Source of the DNA: Marinobacter sp.
GTDB lineage: Bacteria; Pseudomonadota; Gammaproteobacteria; Pseudomonadales; Oleiphilaceae
Assembly: GCA_046260345.1 (NCBI GenBank)
Contig: JBHEPI010000135.1
Coordinates: 190-64,189, forward strand
DNA length: 64,000 bases
Reading direction: 5' to 3'
Both the position numbers and the translations under genes were made by a program. This document shows, in pieces, positions 57,504 to 64,000 of this stretch. The notes below the pieces were generated by a model. That model saw only the letters and a program-made list of their open reading frames with translations, had not been told where the DNA came from and searched no databases. The stretch's first letter is position 1; every line of letters begins with the position of its first letter.

Positions 57504-57667
57504 ATTTTTCTCCCGTTATCTGGCTACCTGTTCAACGTGGCACATGCCTTGTGAAGGTACAAACAGTAGAAGTCTGCATGTGTTCTGAACGTGGCGCGCC
57601 GATAAATTAAAGATCTGATTTACAGGAATAAAAATTTCATTTTGAGTTGATTAAGGTTTGCTAACGT

Positions 57668-58564
57668 ATGGTCCTGCCCCCGGTGTTCTACTCGTTTTTT
57701 GTCCCCGCTCTGTTCGTCTGGTTGTGGAGTACCGGCTTCATCGGCGCCAAATACGGTTTGCCGTTTGCCGAGCCTTTTACGCTACTGCTGATACGCATGC
57801 TGTTCACGCTGGTATTACTCAGCGTGCTTGCCTGGTTCATGAAAACCCGCTGGCCGGGGTGGCGCGGTGCAGGGCACCTGGCGGTGACGGGATTGCTGGT
57901 GCATGGCTGCTATCTGGGTGGTGTGTATTATGCCATTCAGGGGGGCATGCCGTCGGGAATTATCTCCCTCATTGTTGGCCTGCAACCGCTGGTGACATCG
58001 GCGGTGGCTATTCTGGTACTCAAGGAGAGTGTCTCGGCTCGCCAATGGCTGGGGCTGACGCTTGGCCTGGTCGGGGTAACCTTGGTGCTGCTCGAGAAAT
58101 TCGGGGGTGGCCCATCCACCACGGACTTCCCGCTATGGACATTGATCTGGGCGGCGCTCTCGCTGGGCGGCATATCCCTGGGTACTGTATACCAGAAGCG
58201 TCATGGCACCCAGGCGGATCTTGTCGCCGGCACGTTCATCCAGTACAGCGCTGCGGCAACGTTTTTTGCCGTCGGTGCTTTTGCCTTTGAAACCCGCGAG
58301 GTGGAGTGGGCCCTGCCGCTGATATGGTCCATGGTCTGGCTGGTACTGGGCGTCTCGATCGGCGCAATTCTGCTACTGATGTGGTTGATTCGTCGTGGTG
58401 CTGCCTCGCAAGTGGCAAGTCTTTTCTATCTTGTGCCACCGGTGACCGCACTGGAGGCTTACTGGCTGTTTGATGAACGGCTGGGCGTGCTCGCAATGAT
58501 CGGTGGTGCTGTGTCCATTACCGGGGTCGCCCTTGTGGTAACCCAGCGAAAACGAGCGACTTAA
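57668..58564 (+). CDS. DMT/EamA family transporter
   Basis: LWSTGFIGAK, LQPL, GTVYQK, SLFYLVPP. Confidence 0.92.
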   Translation: MVLPPVFYSFFVPALFVWLWSTGFIGAKYGLPFAEPFTLLLIRMLFTLVLLSVLAWFMKTRWPGWRGAGHLAVTGLLVHGCYLGGVYYAIQGGMPSGIISLIVGLQPLVTSAVAILVLKESVSARQWLGLTLGLVGVTLVLLEKFGGGPSTTDFPLWTLIWAALSLGGISLGTVYQKRHGTQADLVAGTFIQYSAAATFFAVGAFAFETREVEWALPLIWSMVWLVLGVSIGAILLLMWLIRRGAASQVASLFYLVPPVTALEAYWLFDERLGVLAMIGGAVSITGVALVVTQRKRAT

Positions 58565-59092
58565 TCCCAGGGGGTCACCCTGAACAGGGTGCCAAGGCCC
58601 TGCTGAGGTGTAAGCTTTCCGCATAACCTCAGTCCCTCCCAGAAACTGACCTGATTGGCCGTCAGCACAGGCTTGCCTGCTGCGGCCTCCAGGTCCTCCA
58701 GCCAGGCGGCGCTGTGCAGAGCGGTATCGGGCACCAACAACGCATCGGCATCAGGGTGGTTGTTATCGGTTGCGAATCGCAGCACGGCCTCTTTTTCCAG
58801 AGTGCCCACTTCTGCAGCGGTGATAATGCCATGGCTGGTCATTTGCACCACTTCGATATCAAAGTGCTCCAGGAACGCCTTGAATAGCAAAGCAACGTCC
58901 TCTGGGTAGGTGGCGGCGATGGCAACGCGTTTGGCGTTGAGCGCCGCTATGGCCCGGGCGAATGCCATTGCGGTAGTGGATGCAGGAATGTGAAGCAGGT
59001 TCTCCAGCGTTTCAATCTGTTCCCTGATACCGTTCAATGCCTCTGACAAAACTGGCGCTGGTGGAGGTCCAGAGCACCGCCTCCGGATAGTT
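58561..59092 (-). pseudogene. 5'-truncated, frameshifted maleate cis-trans isomerase family gene embedded at the DGC 3' end
   Basis: PEAVLWTSTSASFVRGI lies in a different frame from GIREQIE...; one extra base near 59033. Confidence 0.75.
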
Positions 59093-60963
59093 TCTGCGTC
59101 GTTCAGTGTAACCCGGTTGCGACCTTCCTGCTTGGACCGGTAAAGCGCCTGGTCTGCCTGTTGCAGAAAACTGTCGGGAGTTTCGTGAGCTGATGGTGTG
59201 GCTGCGTAGACGCCCACACTGATGGTTAGTTTCAGTGCCCCGATACGGGTTGGCACCGGCTTGGAAATCACACTCTCTCGAATACGCTGTCCTATCGTCA
59301 TCGCTGTATGTTGGTCGGTATCCGGCAATACAACACAAAACTCCTCGCCACCGTAACGGGCAACCATATCCGCCGGCCAGCGGGAGCTTGCCTGGATGCG
59401 TTCGGCAATAACCTTGAGGCAGTCATCTCCAACCTGGTGTCCATGGATGTCGTTGACGGGTTTGAAGTGATCAACATCAATCATCAGCACAGCGACTGAC
59501 TTCCCGCCCACTGATGCCCGTTCGAAAGTGTGTGCGAGATAGCGGTCCAGCGATCGGCGGTTGCTGATGTTGGTGAGCTGATCGGTATCACTGAGCTGTT
59601 GTAGCTTGTGGTTGGCTTTTCTGAGCTCCTCAGTGCGCGCCCGGACAGTTTGCTCCAGGGTTTCGTTGGCCCTGCGCTGGATCTCCAGGGTCCTAGCCTG
59701 AGCCTGTTGTGCCTCCTGCTGCAGCTGGATGCGTTGCCTGTTTTCGGTGCTGATGCGGTCGGCAATGGCCAGTGACAGGAAAATGGCCTCAATTGCCGCG
59801 CCGATCTGCCAGCTATGCTCTGTAAAGGTGTTGCTGGGAACCAGCCCCCAGGACTTCAGACTGTATGTCAGCCCACCAATAATCAACATGGCCCAGGCGA
59901 TGAGGAAGTACCGCGCTGCCGGGTGGCCCTTGCGCAGGCTGCTCCAGCCAACGATCCACAGAGTCAGTGCCGTCACTGAGCCAAGTGGATTGGCGAGACG
60001 GATGGAAAAGTAGTAGTCCGCGAACAGACTTACTCCGGTAATGAAAAGTGCAGCGTACTGGATAAGTACGATCAGTCGGTCAAGTTGAGGCTGTTGCTCC
60101 GTGGTTGCCAGCAAAACCCGGGTAAACTGCATGATCATCCACATCGTCAGGGCGACGAGCACTGACATGGCCTCACGGGACCACCAGGGATTTTCCAGCC
60201 CGAAGTATTGATAGCCAAGACCGTTGAACAGGGTAAAGAACAGACCCTGATGCACCACGATGACCCCGATGTAGTAGCCGTAGACCCGGTCCCGTAGCGT
60301 CACCAGCAAGAAAAGGCTGAACACAGTCATGGTGACGATCAAGCCCTGGTAGAACGTCAGCCAGGAGCGGCTGGTCAGCTCGGTTTGTTGGAGCCCGTTA
60401 TCGGTGTGCAGGTACAGCGGAATAGTGAGGGTATCGGCACTCTCGGCATACAGGTAGTAGTAAGCATCAGTGTCTGGTGGCAGTGTGATTGGGAAAACAA
60501 AGTGTCTTGATTGGTAGGGGCGCTCTGGCGGTGCTACCAGCCGCCCGGATTCAATTTTCTCGTACTCATCCTGTTCCCGGGGTTGATAGAGATTCAAATG
60601 GTCGACGAAACGAGACCGGAACTCCAGGTAACGTGTCAGGGGTTCGGTGCCTGTATTCTGGAGTCGGAAGCGCACCCAGTGGCCGGCGCTGGTGTAACCG
60701 ATGTTGAGCACCTCCCCGGTGTGGGAGCTGAAGCGCTCGCCCAGGGCCCGGACATCATCCAGTTCCAGGGCGCGTTCAGGATCCTCAAGGTGCTCCATGT
60801 AGGGCCCAAGTGCTACGGTGTCTTCTGCCAGTGCAGCCGTATCCTGGGCCGATGCTGTCGCGAAGGGCGCGACAGCCATCAGCAACCACAAAAGCGCTCC
60901 GAGCCGGCAAATTACTGCTGGTGAAGTTTGCAGGATTGGCTGGTATCCGGTAACACGTTGCAA
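58561..60963 (-). CDS. 7TMR-DISMED2/7TM diguanylate cyclase fused in frame to the C-terminal part of a maleate-isomerase (Asp/Glu racemase family) protein
   Basis: Signal peptide, IGYT...HWVR, 7TM block, D.LT...NRR, DVDHFK..ND..GH..GD, RYGGEEF, GRNRV; then RVAIAATYP, PDTALH, GKPVLTANQ, GLGTLF. Confidence 0.85.
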   Translation of the reverse strand: MQRVTGYQPILQTSPAVICRLGALLWLLMAVAPFATASAQDTAALAEDTVALGPYMEHLEDPERALELDDVRALGERFSSHTGEVLNIGYTSAGHWVRFRLQNTGTEPLTRYLEFRSRFVDHLNLYQPREQDEYEKIESGRLVAPPERPYQSRHFVFPITLPPDTDAYYYLYAESADTLTIPLYLHTDNGLQQTELTSRSWLTFYQGLIVTMTVFSLFLLVTLRDRVYGYYIGVIVVHQGLFFTLFNGLGYQYFGLENPWWSREAMSVLVALTMWMIMQFTRVLLATTEQQPQLDRLIVLIQYAALFITGVSLFADYYFSIRLANPLGSVTALTLWIVGWSSLRKGHPAARYFLIAWAMLIIGGLTYSLKSWGLVPSNTFTEHSWQIGAAIEAIFLSLAIADRISTENRQRIQLQQEAQQAQARTLEIQRRANETLEQTVRARTEELRKANHKLQQLSDTDQLTNISNRRSLDRYLAHTFERASVGGKSVAVLMIDVDHFKPVNDIHGHQVGDDCLKVIAERIQASSRWPADMVARYGGEEFCVVLPDTDQHTAMTIGQRIRESVISKPVPTRIGALKLTISVGVYAATPSAHETPDSFLQQADQALYRSKQEGRNRVTLNDAETIRRRCSGPPPAPVLSEALNGIREQIETLENLLHIPASTTAMAFARAIAALNAKRVAIAATYPEDVALLFKAFLEHFDIEVVQMTSHGIITAAEVGTLEKEAVLRFATDNNHPDADALLVPDTALHSAAWLEDLEAAAGKPVLTANQVSFWEGLRLCGKLTPQQGLGTLFRVTPWD

Positions 60964-61121
60964 TGGTTATTCTCAGGCTTTTCGCTGGAACCTGGTAACA
61001 ATTTTAGACGTTTGTCGCGTAATTTGGGTTCTAAACAGTATTCGAAGTGTAGGTTTTATGTAGCCAGAAGGTATACGACGGCACGGGTCCGAAGGGCTGA
61101 CGCAACCTGCCAGAAAGCAAC

Positions 61122-61168
61122 TGAATGACGCTCAAGCAGTAGCGCTCTGATTCAGAATCCGTCATTCA
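61122..61168. repeat. 9-bp inverted repeat with an inner palindrome
   Basis: TGAATGACG (61122-61130) and CGTCATTCA (61160-61168); inner TCTGA-T-TCAGA. Confidence 0.45.
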
Positions 61169-61192
61169 CAACACAGGGAAACGGATCACACA

Positions 61193-61392
61193 ATGCTCAA
61201 CGGAATCTGGTTAGGCTTTTTCTGGTGGCCACCCGGCGCAGGGCCACATCACCATGAATTTCGCTGCCAATATCCCGGGGCTGAATAACGCCGCCACGCC
61301 CATCGGAATCAAGGCCGTGCATTCACTGCAGGAGCTGAATCCAAGCCGGGATGCTGACGGCGATTCTGGTGTGCTACTGGTTTTTTGGCTAA
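61193..61392 (+). pseudogene. Collapsed SpmA/SpmB (nucleoside-recognition Gate domain) membrane protein gene
   Basis: Three colinear fragments in shifting frames: MLNGIWLGFF; GHPAQGHITMNFAANIPGLNNAATPIGIKAVHSLQELNP; AGMLTAILVCYWFFG*. Confidence 0.8.
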
Positions 61393-63272
61393 AAGGTGGT
61401 GTCCAGCACGGTGCCCATCTTTTGCTGCCCCAGTGACTCATCGAAGTCAGTTCCATGCCACGCTGGATGGCCGGCAATCATCACCAGGGGCACTACGCCG
61501 TCGGTGCGGTTGACCAGTTGCTCGTGGCGGAACTCCTCCCGGTACTGACGCTTTACCGTGTTGTTGTGGTCCATGCGACGCAGAGCGGACGGGTTGACCA
61601 GGATCAGGTCGGCCTGATCGCCCACCTCGATGCTGCCTCCCTTGACGCCAAATACCCGGGCAGGGTCGCGGGTAAGGCGGCGGACCATGTAGGCGACGTC
61701 CATATCGCCGCCGTCTGATGCCAGTTTCAGTGCCCTCAGGTTGCCATCGTAGAATGCCATATTGGTGAGGTGAGCACCGCTGTCATTGAAGCCGGGCAGT
61801 AGCTGGCGGTCCATCAGCAGGTCGCGCACGACGCGCTCATCGCGGTTGGCGGAGATGGTGGACCAGCTCAGGTCACGGTCAAAGGCCCGCAGCATGGCCA
61901 GTACGAAGTCACCCTCATCTCTCACCCGGGCAAAGTGCTCATTCAGCAGGGCCTGTTCCGCAGTACTGGTTTCAAGAGGCTTTGCTGCGTTGAAGGTTCT
62001 GACGCGAGCAAAGGCCTCGGCAAAGGTTTTACCCTGCCAGTCCTTCAGGGGGCAGACATCGATGGTCATATCCCCGAGCGTTCGGTTAAAAGCGTAATCT
62101 TCAAGGCGAACGAGTCGTTTCAGGCGTTTGAGCCCAAAGCCGGTCTTGCCGCTCATCCACATGGCCTTGAATTGCCGGATGTAGTCAGGATCGTTGAGGA
62201 TTTTCAGTCTACCCTCGCGATCCTCAAGTTCCGTTTCATTGAGAGTGCGCAGCTCTTCGATCTCTTCCGAGAGCGGGGTTACCGCGCCATCGGACCATAC
62301 CTTGAAGGGTGCCGCCAGTGCCTGCAGGTGGAAGTCCCCCTTCATCAGGCGGGAATTGAGTACCCTGGCCAGCAGGCGTGCAAGGCGCACAATCTTGCGG
62401 TTGCTGTGCACATCGAGGGCGGCCACCACAGTGGTCTTCAGGGGTTTGCCATGGAGTCGGCCACAACTAAGCAGGAAGGTCTTTATGGTCCCAATGGTGC
62501 TGTCTTTCGGCGGCGTAGCCTGCCAGACACCACCCTTGCGACGAACCACATCGGTCAGCCGTTTAATTTCCGGGTATTTGGCGAACTGGGTAGGTATGGT
62601 TTTGCGGGTGTTGGGCTGGTTGGCCAGGTAGTGGAACGGCAGGGCATCGGTGGAGAAGCCCGCATAGCCGTCGTCCAGTGCCTGCTCCAGCAAGGACTCC
62701 ATAGCCTGGAGTTCGTCCTCGGTAGGGTCGCGGGAGATACTTGCTTCAAACCCCATCACTTCGATGCGCAGCATGGAATGCGGAACCAGGGTGACCAGAT
62801 TGGGTCCAAGGCTGAGCTTGTTCAGATGCCGGATGTATTCCTTCGGGGTCTGCCAGTCTACCCGGTCGGCGGTGGCCCGGAGTACATTCTTGGGGATGTT
62901 TTCCACGCGCGCGTAGCAGTCCACGATCGGGTCTGCACCGTCTTTGCGCTGGGAGCCGAAAGCCAGCCCCAGGCTGCAGTTGGCGATCACTACCGTGGTG
63001 GTGCCGTGGCGCACGGACTCCGGTAAACCAGGGGCCACTTCCAGTTCCAGATCATAGTGGGTGTGGATGTCGAACAGCCCCGGCATGGCCCAGCGTTCGC
63101 TGCCATCGAGAACCTTGCGCGCTTTTTGCGGGTCGAGGTTCGCCCCCCGTGCGGCGATCTTTCCATCGGCAACGGCGATATCTTCGTACGCGGGCAGTTC
63201 GCCGCTGCCATCGAAGACTTTGGCGCCCTGAATCAAGTAATCCCAGGCGATATCCGTTTTTGCATCGGTCAT
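61389..63272 (-). CDS. N-acyl-D-amino-acid deacylase family amidohydrolase
   Basis: VFDGSG, PGLFDIHTHYD, HGTTTVVIANCS, DSGAH, G.I.VG..ADL. Confidence 0.88.
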   Translation of the reverse strand: MTDAKTDIAWDYLIQGAKVFDGSGELPAYEDIAVADGKIAARGANLDPQKARKVLDGSERWAMPGLFDIHTHYDLELEVAPGLPESVRHGTTTVVIANCSLGLAFGSQRKDGADPIVDCYARVENIPKNVLRATADRVDWQTPKEYIRHLNKLSLGPNLVTLVPHSMLRIEVMGFEASISRDPTEDELQAMESLLEQALDDGYAGFSTDALPFHYLANQPNTRKTIPTQFAKYPEIKRLTDVVRRKGGVWQATPPKDSTIGTIKTFLLSCGRLHGKPLKTTVVAALDVHSNRKIVRLARLLARVLNSRLMKGDFHLQALAAPFKVWSDGAVTPLSEEIEELRTLNETELEDREGRLKILNDPDYIRQFKAMWMSGKTGFGLKRLKRLVRLEDYAFNRTLGDMTIDVCPLKDWQGKTFAEAFARVRTFNAAKPLETSTAEQALLNEHFARVRDEGDFVLAMLRAFDRDLSWSTISANRDERVVRDLLMDRQLLPGFNDSGAHLTNMAFYDGNLRALKLASDGGDMDVAYMVRRLTRDPARVFGVKGGSIEVGDQADLILVNPSALRRMDHNNTVKRQYREEFRHEQLVNRTDGVVPLVMIAGHPAWHGTDFDESLGQQKMGTVLDTTF

Positions 63273-63354
63273 GATGTCTTACCTGTTGTTATTCTGGTTA
63301 TTCAATTAGGCCGCCGGTGTTTGCGTGCCCGTTTCCATCAATACCGCATTTTCT

Positions 63355-63573
63355 TTAAGGTGTAATTTCGGTGGTGTCGCCGGCCGGGTTGGCGGGGTCA
63401 TCCCTGGCGATAATGTTGATTGCGCCAACTACTATGACCAGAGCAGCCAGAAGCACAGTGGCAGCTCCCAGAACCATTTTGAGTTTTGAGGTTTGAAGGT
63501 TGCCGCATTCCGGGCATTTTTTGCTGCCGGGTGGAATGTCCGTCCCACAATTGGAGCAAATGTTCTTCGCCAT
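63355..63573 (-). CDS. Small zinc-ribbon membrane protein
   Basis: CSNCG...CPECG followed by one TM helix; AAGGGA RBS. Confidence 0.8.
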   Translation of the reverse strand: MAKNICSNCGTDIPPGSKKCPECGNLQTSKLKMVLGAATVLLAALVIVVGAINIIARDDPANPAGDTTEITP

Positions 63574-63658
63574 AGTGGTTGTCCCTTCAATCGTTCAATG
63601 TACCTGATTGAAGGTTAAGCCCTGGGGCTTCCAGGCACAAATCCGTAGTGATCACGAC

Positions 63659-64000
63659 TCATAGGGCCAATAGCACCACAAGGGCCGTCAGCGCGGAGAG
63701 AATGCCTATAATGACCAGAAGCGGTTTCCAGGGAAATACCGGTTTGGGCTGCTCTGTTTGAAGTTCGGCTTCCAGGTAATCACGCAACAGTTGGGCATTG
63801 CGGGCGTTGGCCTTCCAGGCGAAGTCGAAGGCATCGCCGACGACAGGAATAAGACCGCCGAAAAAGTCGATCAACATATTCCGCACCATCTGCCCTTTGA
63901 CGCGTGTGCTGGCTCCGGCCCGATGTGCTTCCAGCAGTACATAACAGGACATGATCAGGCCGGCGAAATCACCAAGCACGGGAACCAGCCCGATAATGGG
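63659..64000 (-). CDS. DUF4112 protein (5' end outside window)
   Basis: IIGLVPVLGD, N..ID...G.IPVVGD.FD..WKAN.RN..LL. Confidence 0.88.
   Translation of the reverse strand, partial: PIIGLVPVLGDFAGLIMSCYVLLEAHRAGASTRVKGQMVRNMLIDFFGGLIPVVGDAFDFAWKANARNAQLLRDYLEAELQTEQPKPVFPWKPLLVIIGILSALTALVVLLAL

Noticed and set aside
57538-57552. Sigma54-like TGGCAC-N5-TTGT on the plus strand
   Set aside because: It lacks the conserved -12 GC, and no activator site was recognised.
1-64000. CRISPR arrays, tRNA/rRNA, transposases, phage genes
   Set aside because: No periodic repeats or matching motifs seen; intergenic gaps are short.

Overview
A gene-dense 64 kb chromosomal window from a GC-rich gammaproteobacterium; protein style suggests a Marinobacter-like organism (inference). 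I saw no rRNA, tRNA, CRISPR array, prophage or IS element. Main content: (1) a five-gene minus-strand operon (14942-20167) encoding a xylose-isomerase-like TIM barrel, a membrane di-iron desaturase-like enzyme, an SsuA/TauA-type ABC importer and a GNAT-like protein. It has a consensus sigma54 promoter with NtrC-like boxes upstream and is divergent from a homocysteine S-methyltransferase. This is my best candidate for an undescribed system, probably organic-nitrogen scavenging. (2) The ovothiol synthase ovoA, between an atypical ADP-ribosylglycohydrolase and a BCCT transporter. (3) A ~21 kb glutamate-funnel region: pxpABC, an Old Yellow Enzyme, an amidase, DUF2848, a TRAP transporter, a DUF1445 protein, LysR, PutR, a shortened NAD-glutamate dehydrogenase, putA and a DAACS symporter. 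(4) Several deletion scars (solute-binding protein, SDR, PadR, spmAB) and a chimera fusing a diguanylate cyclase to a maleate-isomerase remnant. All family calls come from motif recognition by eye; no database search was run.
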